From assembly GCF_009914755.1 (NCBI RefSeq), contig NC_060940.1: a DNA stretch of 64,000 nt; one strand, given 5' to 3'. How positions within the stretch are numbered: position 1 is the first letter of the stretch; the number at the start of each line of letters is the position of its first letter. The stretch is from the human T2T-CHM13v2.0 reference genome, Homo sapiens. A model generated the notes under the pieces. It did not search any database. It saw only the letters and a list, made by a program, of their open reading frames with translations, and was not told the DNA's origin. A program made the position numbers and the translations under genes. Positions 15,514 to 29,724 of the stretch are shown here, piece by piece.

Positions 15514-16043
15514 TCAACTTTAAATTTTTATATTGAATAATCTTTGATTTGTATTGTCATGTTGTTTTATAGCAGTTACTGCTGTTTTAGTGTGATTTGG
15601 GATGAAAATTTTAAAAAATCAATATGTATAATCCACCATCTTTGTTCCTTTTATTTTTATGTTACTCATTCTTTTAAGCTTGTCTTAGACGTGAGTATTA
15701 TGTTTTATTTTGCTGGGAGAACAATTTGGGAAAATTTGAGCAGCAAACCATAAGTTTCTTGGTGTCTGTGTACTTGGAGCTCTGAATCACTATTGTCACT
15801 GAGGGAGTGGACAGGAAGTGATGCTGAGATAAGTCTAGATGGGATAGGTGGGCAACATGCAGGAGAAACCTCCTGGGAAAGGTGAGCAAGAGCACACAGG
15901 TGAGACATAGCATCGAGTGTGGAAACCTCCATGGGTGGCAGGTCAGTGTTGCTGAGGGATGTGGACATGTCTGAGGCCAAATAGATGAGTCCCTATTGGG
16001 TTTTGCCTCTCCACAATCTAGAGGAATATTTATGGAAGGTTAA

Positions 16044-16377
<334 letters not shown>

Positions 16378-16419
16378 TTATCAGAAAACTGTATTTAGAG
16401 GGGACCTTTCTGGGGTCTT

Positions 16420-16800
16420 TTAGTCAGGGTACATAAGTGTCAGCTGCTACGACAAACAACTTGCAACGTCTCATTATCTTCATACAACAAACGCTGATTT
16501 GTTCCTTTCATTACATACCCAGTGTGAGTTGGCTGGAAGGTCCACCCTACACAACCACTCGTGAAGGCAGACTTGAAGGGGACTCCACTGTCTTGGAGCT
16601 ACACTCTAAAACAAATAGCCTCCAAAGTCAAGGACTCTGTAACAGGATGAAGCAGCATTTTTTATGGGCAGGTTTGCACGTGGCATTTGTTGCTTCCATC
16701 AACATTCCACTGGCGAGAGTGAGTCCCTGGCCCCTATGTAATTATGAGGGAGGCTGAGATGTGAGAAGCACATGGGTGTTGGGAGAGCACTAAAGGTCTC
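16420..16800 (-). mobile_element. Old MaLR LTR (MLT1-type)
   Basis: TAGTCAGGGT...AGCTGCTACGACAAACAAC start and ACATTCCACTGGCGAGA internal motif; highly diverged. Confidence 0.5.
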
Positions 16801-19079
16801 TAGCCCAGAAGCATGACTTCCAGCCAAGTGAGACAGGGAAGGCCAGAAAAATGTGTCACAGAACTTATGGCATCAGAATCTGATTCCCAGGCATGCTTTC
16901 CACCATATGCATAGACATTTGCACCCCAGGGATAGCACCATTACTCCCAAAAATTGCAGGTTTGAAAGGGTACCTAAAAACAAGCCACCAGATTGTCCCA
17001 TTCCACTATCATTCTGCCATCAACACCGAGGTGTCGGAGTAGCAGGAGAGCCACATATTTCTTAGTGAGGGGACCCAGAATGATCCCTTTTGTGCTAGAG
17101 GATCTGAGTTCATTTCATGAAACTGAAGCATCTTCTTGGAGATATAAGCTCACCTTGGGATAGGCCCTTGCAGATGACAATAAAGGTATTTTGGCACATA
17201 AAAAAACTGCTCAGCACACCTTGTATTTGTATTTCCTTTGACGTGAACCATGGCCATCCAGTAGGCCACGCAACATTCCCACTGCCATGTTGGCTTGTTT
17301 TTCTTTTGTTTTCTTGTCAACATAAGCCTCATGAGACAACAGCAGGATGCAAGATTGTACAATGACACCATGACTCTGCTTTCTGGGTGTCCTCTGTGGG
17401 CTCTCAGCAGTGTCCCCGATGTGGAGGGTCTTCTTATTCTGTGTGTGTGCCCTCTGCTGTTGAAAGTTGCCTGTCACCCATGATGCTGTGCTGATTGAGC
17501 AAACTAATCCATAACCCACCGCCACGTTCCTCGCCTACTTGCTTCTAGGCACATTAAACGGTCAGTGCACAGGTCCTCATTTTTCTCATGCTTCCATTTC
17601 CATATTCTCAATCAATCACTGATGGCCAGCTGTCAACAGGCATCATTTTTGGTGGGACCTGAAGATGTATATCCCTTGTTTTCAGATTCCTCGCCTCTCA
17701 TCATGTAAGGTGATGCTCTGAGCTGGGTCTTAAAGCTTCTGGGCACAGCCCCCCTTGAGTCTTCATTATGGCAAATCTAGTGCAGGTGCTGAGAGGCGGT
17801 AACTCTTTAAAGGGACAGGATATGGAAACGTGGCTTCATGGACAGTATTTTAGTATATTTCTGTAAATAGCACATGTGCTAGATAGCAGATTTGTGTATG
17901 GATATGCACCCGGCTAGGGACCTCTTTAATGGTCATTCATTTGGGAGATGACCTTTGGTTCCTAAACTGGTGGACATACCAAGGACTAAAGGAGTGACTT
18001 GTTCTCAGTTCTTTGTCATTCAGCTGCTTTAATATTAATATGACACCCGTTTTGGGCTTGAAAAGTTTTCCTTCTGCTGAGAAATGATGATGGTGACAAT
18101 GATGACAATGACGATGACCCTTGGTTGGAGCAATGTAGTCTAAATGTGGTTGCATCATCTTCTTTCTTCCTTTGCCTTCCTCCCTTGCTCTTTTTCTGCC
18201 CCTCATGCCGGCTCCTTCCTCCCACATCACCCCACATTTTTTTTTCTTTCTCCTCACCATCAAGAAATGTTCCAGAATGCCATTATTCTTCGTCACCACG
18301 GTCAGGTATATCATCCTAAGGGCAGAGGGTGAAGGTGCGTAATTAGTGTTTCACCAGACTGAGCATCATCCTCGGTGCAGGGGAGAATGGCTGGTATTTA
18401 TGAGTGAATGGCAGCGTTTTGACAGGATGATGAATAAATATGCTGGGCCCAGAGGACTCCAGGTGATAAGCATTTCTTTGTGGTCTGGTAAGTGATAGTA
18501 CCCATTGCTTAATTTCTCTAAAATCTGCATTTGTCAATTTTGTATTTTTTTATTTGAAAGGTATTTGCTTAAATAAATAGGCCATATAAATCTAGCTCCC
18601 AATGTCCATTTTCAAATGATTTCCAGCAAGGAAGATGGAATTACCACGAGGAACCTGTTCTCTTATGTTTCTGCTTAGATGGCTGGGTCTATACCAGGGT
18701 TTATTTAAATGAACACAGGAAATGCCATTCACCTTTACCATGAATGGGAATCTTTGCCTGTGACTCTATCGTGTGAATTAGCAGAGCTTGGCTATTATTC
18801 CCCTACTTCGGTAGATACTGGCTGTACAGAAGGGAACCCCAGTTTCAATGAGTACCTATGTGCTGGGCACTTAGCTGGTTTTTACACACATACTTCATTT
18901 GAAGGGAAGGAATTGACTGAAAAGAATTCTCCATTCCAACTTCCCAAGTCAGTTGCCATTTGGCCCTGATAAAGCTGTACTTTCTCACTTGTTCCTTATT
19001 TAAAATAGAGAAAAGTGCATCAAGCTCTTGTTAATCTGTCAGGCCTTCCTAAGATGTCTGAAGAAGTTAGTTTGGTGAA

Positions 19080-19310
19080 CATGGGCTTCAGGGTCAGACT
19101 GCTTGTGTTCCATTCTTGATCCTATCACTTCCTTGCTGCGGGAACTCTGGAAAGTCACTTAACCTCTCTGAGCAAGCTTCCATTTTTCCAGGTGAAAACG
19201 GGAGTTTAGCCTAGTCCCCACTTGATAAGATGGTTGTGGAAAGTATTGTGCGTCATGGACCTAAAGTACCTAGGAGATTGTCCTGGATGTCGTTTTCTCA
19301 TAAAGTTGAC
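19080..19310 (+). mobile_element. MIR
   Basis: GGTCAGACTGCTTGTGTTC...AAGTCACTTAACCTCTCTGAGC core. Confidence 0.7.
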
Positions 19311-19484
19311 TATGGCTATTGGTGGTACTAGTATGACTGTCAAGTCGATCAGGTGGCTGAGGAGCAGTACATGGGGGTATACAGAGTGCAGGCCTCAGAA
19401 CTGCAGAACATCTGCACAATCTCCAGCAAGCTAACCTCTCTGGACATCGTATTCCTCATCTATAAAAGGGAGACTTCAATCTTA

Positions 19485-19526
19485 TTTAATGGCAAAAGTC
19501 ACAATTACTTTTGTACCAACGTAATA
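19485..19526. mobile_element. Half MADE1 (Hsmar1 mariner MITE) terminal inverted repeat
   Basis: TTTAATGGCAAAAGTCACAATTACTTTTGTACCAACGTAATA compared with consensus TTTAATGGCAAAAACCGCAATTACTTTTGCACCAACCTAATA. Confidence 0.85.
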
Positions 19527-19542
19527 GAATTAAGTAAAATAA

Positions 19543-19661
19543 GGCTAGACATGCTGGCTCATACCTTTAATCCCAGCACTTTGCGAGGCCAAGGTGGGCA
19601 GATTACTTGAGCCCAGGTGTTGGAGACCAGCCTGAGCACCATGGCAAAACCCCATCGCTAC

Positions 19662-19697
<36 letters not shown>

Positions 19698-19861
19698 GTC
19701 GGGTGTAATGGCACACCTGTAGTCCCATCTACTCGGGAGGCTGAGGTGGGAAGTTTGAACCTGGGAAGTCAAGGCTACAGTGAGCTGTGATCCTGTCTCT
19801 ACACCTCAGTCTGGGTGGCAGAGCAAGACCCTGTCTCAAAAAAAAAAAAAAAAAAAAAAAA
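19543..19861 (+). mobile_element. AluJ with ~A30 central linker
   Basis: Forward dimer; TSD AAGTAAAATAA. Confidence 0.92.
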
Positions 19862-20049
19862 GTAAAATAAAGCATGGGAAGTCCCTTATACAGTTTGTGA
19901 TATGGGTACACACTCAGTGAAATGGCCATTAATACTGCTGTTCTTAACTCTGAAAGCAGAGTGGGCCATTTGAATGCTCACTTTGATATTTTTTAAAGGA
20001 AAAATTTGAGGCATTGACACATGCCTTTTGCTTACTTGCTTGGATTGGT

Positions 20050-20895
20050 TTGATCAACTTTGTTGCGGTCTAATTTATGTAAAATAAATTGCATCCATTT
20101 AAATATACAATTCAATGAGTTTTGACAGATGCACATGCCCATGAAACCAACACGAAAATAAAAAAAATAGAACATTTACGTCACCTCAAAAAGATTTCAA
20201 ATGCCACTTCTGTGGTGTATGACTCTGAGTCCAGACAGCCTCAGCTCCAGGAAAACCCTGGTCTGTTTTCTGTCACTATTGATGAATTTGCATTTTCTAG
20301 AATTTTAGATAAGTGAAGTTTTCTAGTACTTGTTCTGCATCTGGTTTCTTTCATTCCACATAATTACCTTGGGATGTACCCATACTGCTGCCTGTATCAG
20401 TGGCTTACTCATTGTCATTGGTGAGTAGTACTCCATTGTGTGGAGAAATCACATTGTTTTAAAAATACCTAATTACCTGCTGATAGACATTTGGGTTCTT
20501 CCCAGTTTTTAGCTGTTGTAAATGGATACTAATGTGAACGAAGCCACCGTGAATATTGATGCACTAGTCTTTGTGTGGACATATATCTGTTTTATCTTGG
20601 GGGATAATACTCTGGAATGGAATGGGCAAGGGTGGTCCGTATAGGGCTATGTATAACTTTTTAAGAGGTTGGCAAATACTTCCCTAAAGTGGTCATCCCA
20701 TTTTACGTTCTTGCCAACAGTGTTTAAGGATCCACTTCCTCTACATCCTTAATAATACTTGATATTATCGGTCTTCTAAATTTTCTGTTTGGGTACATAG
20801 TGGTATTTTGTTGTATATTTTTTTTTAATTGTGAAATATGTGACTATGATGAGTAATGATTTTGAACATGAAAACTATGCTTATTGCTCATATCT
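20050..20895 (-). mobile_element. Old L1M 3' region fragment
   Basis: TATACAATTCAATGAGTTTTGACAGATGC, ATAGACATTTGGGTTCTTCCCAGTTTTTAGCTGTTG and other reverse L1M motifs. Confidence 0.75.
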
Positions 20896-20898
20896 ATG

Positions 20899-21221
20899 TT
20901 ATTTTATTATTTACTTTTTTTGAGATGGAGTCTCGCTCTGTTGCCCAGTCTGGAGAGCAGTGGTGTGATCTTGGTTTACTGCAACCTCTGCCTACTGGGT
21001 TCAAGCGATTTTCCTGCCTCAGTCTCTTGAGTAGCTGGTGTTACAGAAGCCTGCTACCATGCCTGGCTAATTTTTGTGTTGTTTTATTTTTATTTTATTT
21101 TTTTAGCAGAGACAGGGTTTCACCATGTTGACCAGGCGGGTTTCAACTCCTGACCTCAGGTGATCTGCCTGCCTCGGCCTCCCAAAGTGCTGGGATTACA
21201 GGTGTGAGCCACAGCGCCCGG
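20899..21221 (-). mobile_element. AluSx-like
   Basis: Reverse dimer; TCATATCT on both sides. Confidence 0.92.
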
Positions 21222-22657
21222 TGGTCATATCTCTTTCTTGCGTTTTTGTGGGGGTTGGGGTAATAGGTTTATTGAGATATAATTCATATACCACACAGTT
21301 TCATTTTTAGTGTATTGACAGGTGTGCAGTCATCGTCACAATCAAGCCATAGCTTCTTTTAAACTTTGTCTTCCTTCTCTTTCTAATTATCTCCTTCCCC
21401 CGCCCCCTCCATTCTCTTTCCATCCTTTAAATGTCAGTGTCCCCCACAATTCTGTTGTTGACCCTTTCTCCCTCTGGCCAATGCTCCTTCCCCTGTAGAT
21501 CATACCCATTCCCAAGATTTCAGTCATCAAATCCATTCCAATATGACTCCTGTATCCATATGTCCAGTTCCAAGTATCTGTCCATGGTGTTGGTCCCATG
21601 TTATTCGCACCTCATATGTCTTTGGCACAGCACTCTTGACAGCTCATAAAGTCACGCTGTTACCCCCACAATGTCCCCCCACATATCATTGCTATCCCTC
21701 CTCGACACCCACACCTCCTGCATGTTCCTGAGCTTCTTAGGCGTGTTGCATCTTCCTGACCTTCCCAGTCCGAAGCCCAAGGAGATACTTGATAAATATT
21801 CGTCTAATAAATAAATGAACTTGTGTTCTCCATATTCCTTGAAAATATGCTTCACTTTTATCTTTTTAAGAAATTAATTGCATTACTATCTTATTAAAGG
21901 TCAAGAAAAATAATTCATATCACTCACTATTCATGAGACTGCTAAATAGTTGCCCTGGCAATTTCTGATTATAATTTTAGAAATATTTCTAACCTCTGGC
22001 CTTTTTTCTTATCTCTACTTAAAGCTTTTCTGGAAGGAATTCATTTTCCACTTTCCTTAATGTTCCTTAAATGTTCTACATATCTTAAAAGTGGATTCCT
22101 CATAAAACAATATGGACTATGGTCTTATTCTGTTTAACGGTATGAAAGCTCGCCTGAAAGGCCAAGAGTAAGATTCTTTTAAAATCATGCCCAAGTTTTA
22201 AAGGAATATAAAACTTTCTCTTTAAAAATATACCTTTCTGCTTTCATCCCCTAACCCACAAAGCTCAAGTCTAGTTTAATTCAAACTTGGAAATAGTTCT
22301 TTTATTATTGCTCCCTGCAATGGGAACAGAGCTGAGGCTCCTAAGGTCTAGAGTCAACATGAAAATACCTTTGCTTCTGGGCCATAGCTGTGTTTCTTCT
22401 TAACAAGGCAGAAGCCCAGAAGAGACTTCATGTACTGTGACTGTAATAAAGAGGGTTGTAAGTAGAGAAGCTGGAATTTGAAAGGTTACGTACAAGTCAA
22501 GCTGCCTCTGTAATGTCACTTATATCCAGGAAAGAGTGGCAAAGAACCATCCCAGCAGATAGCTTGAGGGTGGGAAGGGGGATAGGTTGTTGATAATATG
22601 GAATAGGAGGAAAAAGATCATAGAGCCAAAGAGCTCGATACATATACTGATGCGGTG

Positions 22658-22957
22658 TTTATTTTATTTTAGTTTTTTGAGACAGGGTCTCTGTCGCTCA
22701 GGCTGGATTGAGTGCAGTGAATCTTGGCTCACTGTAGCTTCTGCCTCTTGAGCTCAGGCAATCCTCCTGCCTCAGCCCCACCAGTAGCTGGGACTAGAGG
22801 CACATGCCACTACACCCAGTTAATTACTACATTTTCTGTAGAGACGGGCTTTCCCCATGTTGCCCAGGCTGGTCTCTAACTCCTGAGCTCAAGAGATCCA
22901 CCCGCCTCTGCCTCCCAAAGTGCTAGGATTACAGGTGTCAGCCACAGTGCCATGCCC
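22658..22957 (-). mobile_element. AluJ
   Basis: Reverse dimer; TSD TGATGCGGTGTTTA / TGATGTGATGCTTA. Confidence 0.9.
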
Positions 22958-23183
22958 TGATGTGATGCTTAAATTCAGAAATTGGGAAGGAGGGTCAGGT
23001 AGCTATAAGCAAAACACAAGAGAAATATAAGAGAAAGAAAGACTTGTATCTGTTGTTAGTGAGTTTTTGTGGTGGTGATACATTAATGGAGGCAACAGAG
23101 GGTCAGAAATCAGGGTGGAAAATAGCCCAGCAGAGGGGAAAAGAGGAAGTCTGAACGAGGGCCACATTGCAGATAGAGGCCGG

Positions 23184-23593
23184 TGTACTGGTCTGCTCAG
23201 GCTGCCATAACAAAATACCACAGGCTGGATGACTTGAACAACAAAAATACATTTTCTCATAGTTGTGGAGCCTAGAATTCCAAGGTCAAGGTGCCGGCAC
23301 AGTTGATGTCTACTGAGGTCTCCCTCGTCTGCTTGCAGACAGCCGCCTTCCCACCGTGTTCTCACGTGACCTAGCCGCTGTGTGCACGCATCCCTGGTTA
23401 CTTTTCCTGTGTTCAGATGTCCTCTTCTTTGAAGGACACCAGTCAGATTGCAATAGGACCTGCCCTGATAGCCTCATTTTTTACATAATCACCTCTTTAT
23501 AGGCTGTACCTCCAAATACAGTCACATTCTGAGGTAGTAGGGGTTAGGTCTTCAGCATATGAATTTTGGGGAAACAGAATCCAGCTAACAACA
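23184..23593 (-). mobile_element. MaLR solo LTR (MLT1A/B/C-like)
   Basis: TG...CA ends; GGCTGCCATAACAAAATACCACAGGCTGG, TCCAAATACAGTCACATTCTGAGGTA. Confidence 0.85.
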
Positions 23594-24464
23594 GTTGGGG
23601 ATGAGGCTATAACGAATACCACTGCCTAATGTTTGCACGGGGATATCATGCTTTTCAGAGACCATCTGCATCCTTATCTCACTTAATCCTTGCCCCACCC
23701 TTTAGAAGAAGCCAGGAGGAGGTCCTAGTCAGCTGATGTGAGATTACATGGCCCTGACTGTCTTGCCTGGTGCTGCAGGCCACCTTCACAGCCTTGCCAT
23801 ACCTTTTCCCATTTATCCATGGAGTGGTATGAGCCCTAATGGTGCACCCTTCCGACAATCCTTCATCCTTCCCAGACGTTTCATCAGCCAAGTGAAATTT
23901 GCAATTGTTTCAGTGATTGAAATTATGCTTGGAGTGCAGGTGTCATGGATGAAACAGCAATGCCTTGCGGTGACAAATTCAGTGTAGAAATAATTTTAGC
24001 AAGCCCAGTGATTGGAAAACAATGACTCAACTTTAAGCTATATTGATTTTGTATTTCTGGGCTCAGCTTTTGACTCAGTCTCATTCCCCAGAAATAATCC
24101 CTGTTAACATTTCGGTTTGTGTTATGGAAGTGTTTTCTCTTCTATGAATTAGCTAATGCCCATACCATACATATGCCTGCATTTGTACACTCTTAAGCCA
24201 AATAACATCGTACTGTGTATTATTCTCTAGTAGCCTGCTTTTTATTGAACTTAATGATAAATGGCAAACATTTGACCATGTCACTTAAGTTTCTTACCGT
24301 GATCTCCAACAGCTAGGCAATATTCTGTCATATGGGTTTACCATACTTTTCTCAATCCACAATCTCATCAGAGTCCCAATAGTTGCCTGATATGTCTCCA
24401 TCAGTTGTGAGGTATGTTTCAAATGATTTATTACTAGAAATTCTTAGCGAGCTGAAGTTTGTAA

Positions 24465-25275
24465 ATTTTCTCAAGCTACTTTATTGATATATAACACAGA
24501 TACATAAACTTTGCCCATTCAAAATGTACAATTCAGTGCTTTCAGTATATTCAGAGAGTTTTGCAGCTGTCACCACAGTCAAGTTTAGAATATTTTCATT
24601 TTCCCAAAAAGAAACCCTTGACTGGCATCCTTTTCCCCACTTCCTTTTCTCTCCACTCCCAACCTCTCTCCCAGCTCCAGGTAACCACTCATCTACTTTC
24701 TGTCTCTATATAGATTTGCCTATTCTAGACTTTTCATATAAATAAATCAGATACTGTGTGGCCCTTTGTGTCTTGATCCTTACACTTAGCATCATGTTTT
24801 CAAGGGTTATTCATGTTGTAGCATGTATCAGTACTTCTTTTTTTAGGGCTGAGTAATATTCCATTTACGGATATGCCACATTTCATCTATGCATTCAGTT
24901 CACGGACATGTGGGTTGTTTCCACATTTTGGCTATTGTGCATAATGCTTCCAGGTACACTTGTCTACACATTTTTGTGTGGATATAGGTTTTCCTTTTTT
25001 GGGGTATGCTCCTAAGAGTGCAATTTCTGGATCACGTGGAACTCCTTGTTTAACCTTTTGAGGAGCCACCAGATTGTTCTCCACAGCAGCCACACCCATC
25101 TACATTCTAACCAGCAGTGTAGGAAGGTTCCGATTTCTCCATATCTTCACCAGCACTCGCTGTCATTTTTCTTTTTAGTCTTGTCATTTTATTGGGTATG
25201 AAGCGGTATTGCATTGTGATTTTGATTTGGATTTTCTTGATGGCTTAGGATATTGAACATCTCTTCATATGATTA
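24465..25275 (-). mobile_element. L1MB-like 3' fragment
   Basis: CAACCACTCATCTACTTTCTGTCTCTATATAGATTTGCCTATTCTAGAC-type motif; TACATTCTAACCAGCAGTGTAGGAAGGTTCCGATTTCTCC. Confidence 0.85.
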
Positions 25276-25857
25276 TTGGATGGATGATTTTTTTCAGCGG
25301 TTATCAGGTCACACCTGTAATCATGCCCACCTCATTTTCTTACAGTGCAGTGTGTGCTTTTAGGCACATACCAAGAGCTTACAGAGATCCTTCTGGTTCA
25401 GAGGAAAGATTCACATCCCCAACAAACACTGCTCCCCGATTACAATATAGAGAGGCTAAATTATAGTCCATATCACTTTTCCTTTAAATCCCTTTACTTT
25501 TTTGTGCTACAAGAGTTTCAGAATAATAATTCTGCAGAAAAAAGTACTGATTGTCCAGCAGTTGTGTCAGGTAGAAAACTGGGATGCCCGACTGCATTGG
25601 TTTAGCCAGAACTGTGGCCATGAAACCTTGCCTGGCCCCCAGGGATGGGGTGAGGGGGGATATCATATATGCTTTAGGTGGGGCAGAGGGGTGGTCTGCC
25701 CCTGTGCAGGCAGGAATGTTCAGGAAGCAGGCTGCCTCTGTTTCTACTCTAAATATTTAACATTCACGGATGGCATGGATCCTGACTAAGCGGAGCAGAT
25801 GCTGGCTCTATATTGCACATAGCTCCTGAATATCAGCCCTGCTTGGCTATGCATGTG

Positions 25858-26154
<297 letters not shown>

Positions 26155-26447
26155 AGTATGTTTGTTTTTCTTCAAACCTAGATCAAGAGTCAAACACTCA
26201 AATGTTTGGTGGGAGCAGTTGATGATCCAGAGCTTTGGAGTCAGCGAGACAGTAGAGAGTGGTGGAGATGGTGGCGCACAAGAGGGTCAGTGCCCCATCT
26301 CAAGGAACAGCTGCACCTCGGCCTACGCGATTGTGAAAATGTGAGCATATGCAGGCCAGACCTTGGCTTCTCTGTCTTCATTTTTCACAGGAGCCAGAAG
26401 TTTGGATGTGCAATGTGAAATCTCACAAATTAAACATGTTACATAAC

Positions 26448-26950
26448 TGTATTTTGTTTCCTATCTCTGCTGTAATAAATTTTCTCAATGTTAGTGACTT
26501 AGAACCACACAAAAGTTACACTTTACAGTTTTGGAGGTCAGTGGTCCAAAATAGGTCTCAGTGGGCTAAAATCGATGTGTCAGCAGGACACCATTTCTTT
26601 CTGTAGGTTCTAGAAGAGAACCCACTTCCTTGCTGTTTCCAGCTTCCAGGGACTGCCCAAATCCTTTGGCTCATGGCCCCTTCCTCTATCTTCAAAGCCA
26701 GGGATGGCTGCTCAAGTCCTTCTCAAACTGCCCTGTTCCTGGTTCTCTCTCTTCTGCTTCTGCTTTTAAGGAACCTTGTAACTTCAGGGAGTCTACCCTG
26801 ATAATCTGCGATAATCTGCCTATTTGAAGGTCAGCCAATTAGCAATCTTAATGCCATCTACAACCTTAATTACCATTTGCTATGTAACATATTTATAGAT
26901 ATCAGGGATTAGTTCATGAACATCTTGGGGTAGAGGGCATTCCACATACA
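26448..26950 (-). mobile_element. MaLR solo LTR (MLT1C/D-like)
   Basis: TGTATTTTGTTTCCTATCTCTGCTGTAATAAAT...TTACAGTTTTGGAGGTCAG...GGCTCATGGCCCCTTCCTCTATCTTCAAAGCCAG. Confidence 0.82.
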
Positions 26951-29056
26951 GCAGTACCTATAATGTATATGCTTCTTAAAGAATGCATGAGTCTTTATTT
27001 TATGTCCTTGGAGTGTATAGCAGAGTTAGATAGATCTTTCTGGATTGGCGGTTGATTGAATATTGGCTGTACAAAGAAACTGGTTAGGAGTATAGAGAAA
27101 AGATCAATCATAGCACTAGCTTATAGTTTATTTTATTCTTTAATGATTTTTTAAAAATATTTCTCTCACTTACTTGAAAAGCAGTCTTAGAAATTAACTG
27201 GAATGGGTAATTTATTTGTCTTTCTTCTTTTGTAAAATAATGGCAGTTTGTAACTCAGATTTTTGTATGAGGAATAAATAAAATACTGTCTGTTTTCCTT
27301 TGATCTTTCTATTTGTGGTCCAGCCAGCCAGCTAACTATGCATTCCTTTTTCTGCCTTTTCATCATAACACCTATCTTAGCAACTCTTCATTGCTGCTTT
27401 GCAAAGAGGATTTGAGATTGTTTATGTAGGGGCCCGTGTATAATACCTCAAGAGAAAAAGACACAGATGAGGCTATTGGGATTAAGGGAAAATCAAGTAA
27501 ACCGAGAGGTAAAGCACTGTGCAGAAATATTGGCCAGAAGCTATGAACAGTTGCCACAGCTGGGCTGAAGAGTTACCTGTCAGCCTTCCAGGGGTGTAAG
27601 TCAAGAGAAAGACAGTTCACCAAATCTATTGATTAATGGAAATCATCCAGCAGCAGTGCCACTGTAAGATGTTCAATACGTAGCACCTTTCTGTCCCTCC
27701 TCCTCTTGCCAGTTGGGACAGGATTAGCAAGCCAAAGACTTTCTGAAATAATCCTTAGCTATATTCTTGGTATTCACCAAGGAATTTACCAATATGCAAA
27801 GACTTGGGGATAATTAGTATTATCTTTGCCATTACCTGCAGTAATATTATGAAGATTAGAGATGTAACTCTGTCCTGAAGAACTGCAGTCTGTGGCTCAC
27901 CTTGGAGAAGAACTTAAGAACTTATTGAAGTGAGCAGGCTCACCTGCCTTTGCTCAGAGCCACATCACCTGCAGGCAGGATCTGCAAGGTCAGCAGTTAG
28001 CGTCAAGTTGCACAGCCTGGGCTTGGGTGGCGTTCGCTTTACCCTTGCCCTTGATGTGGTGCCGAGTTGTCAGGATTCTCGTAAAATTCCTGGGTGATGG
28101 CTTCTTCTGTTCTCTTTATTTCCTTAAGTGAACATCTGTCTAATTGTTCACCTCCATCGCTTTAGTGCTTTCCTCATGCTTTCTCTCTTTCCAGACAATA
28201 AACTTTATTTTCTTCATAAGAATTCAGTCTACGCAAGGGTATTAGGCAGCTTGTTTGCACCTTTTAATTGCTGGATGTTTTCCAGAAAGGCTGTTTGCAG
28301 TAGTTCCAGTGGGTTCATCTGTGAATCAGGAAAGACAATGCAGCTTTGTGTTGTGGTTTTTATCAGTTACCTTCTGTTTGTAAACATCTGTTTGGAAACG
28401 TTTGCTGGTGCCCACCCCAGCACCCCTCCACCCCTGCCAGAAATAAAGGGATTAATCTCTTTTTGCTTGGCATAGGGAGAAGACAGTGTCTGCTGATGTG
28501 CTTCACTTTTTTTTTTTTTTTTTTTTTGGTCAGGTGCGTAGGTATGTGACTGAAACCCATAGACTTTGCACATATTGTCAAATGACTTTCCAGAGGGACT
28601 CAGGCACTTTATTTAATTAATGCCAATGAAGCCCGTTAATCCGCTCATTACTGCAGTTTAATTTTGATGCTGGTTTTTGATGATGTATTGAAAACTTGTA
28701 TAAACTGGCAATTACAACTGGAAAACATTTCTAGTTTAGAAGAGACCCTTATTTTTCATATGCTTAGAAATATCCAGCAAGCCACTTTTAAAGGCTTTTT
28801 ATCACATTTTATTCTTAAGCTTTCTGAATTCCTTATTATATTTTGCCTGATAAATAGTTGGATTTTGTTTTTTGGTTCAATGTAAGAATATTCTTAAACT
28901 AGGTAAACTGTTTTAATTGTTTGTCATTATGTTCTTTCATTCTGTTAAATTTTGTTTTCTATTTTTCATGTTTTTGGGTTTTTCTAGATGGCCTGTCTTT
29001 AACACTTCTTGATATTTTTGATTAAATTTTCATATATCATCAAAAATAGAGATGAC

Positions 29057-29350
<294 letters not shown>

Positions 29351-29724
29351 GTAGAGAGGATAGTATAATGAGGTTCCTGTCTGCCAGTCACTCTATAGTA
29401 ACTATTAGGAAACCCCTTTTTTTCTCTGAAGTCATTGCTCCTGTGTGTGTGTGTCTGTATATAAAAAAAAGTATGTATACATATACGTATATGTATGTGT
29501 ATAGATAAAAATGCATGTATGGTGCTGGGCGCAGTGGCTCACGCCTGTAATCCCAGCACTTTGGGAGGCTGAGGCGGGCGAATCACGAGGTCAGGAGATC
29601 GAGACCATCCTGGCTAACACGGCGAAACCGTGTCTCTACTAAAAGTACAAAAAATTAGCCTGGCGTGGTGGCGGGCACCTGTAGTCCCAGCTACTCGGGA
29701 GGCTGAGACCGAAGAATTACTTGA

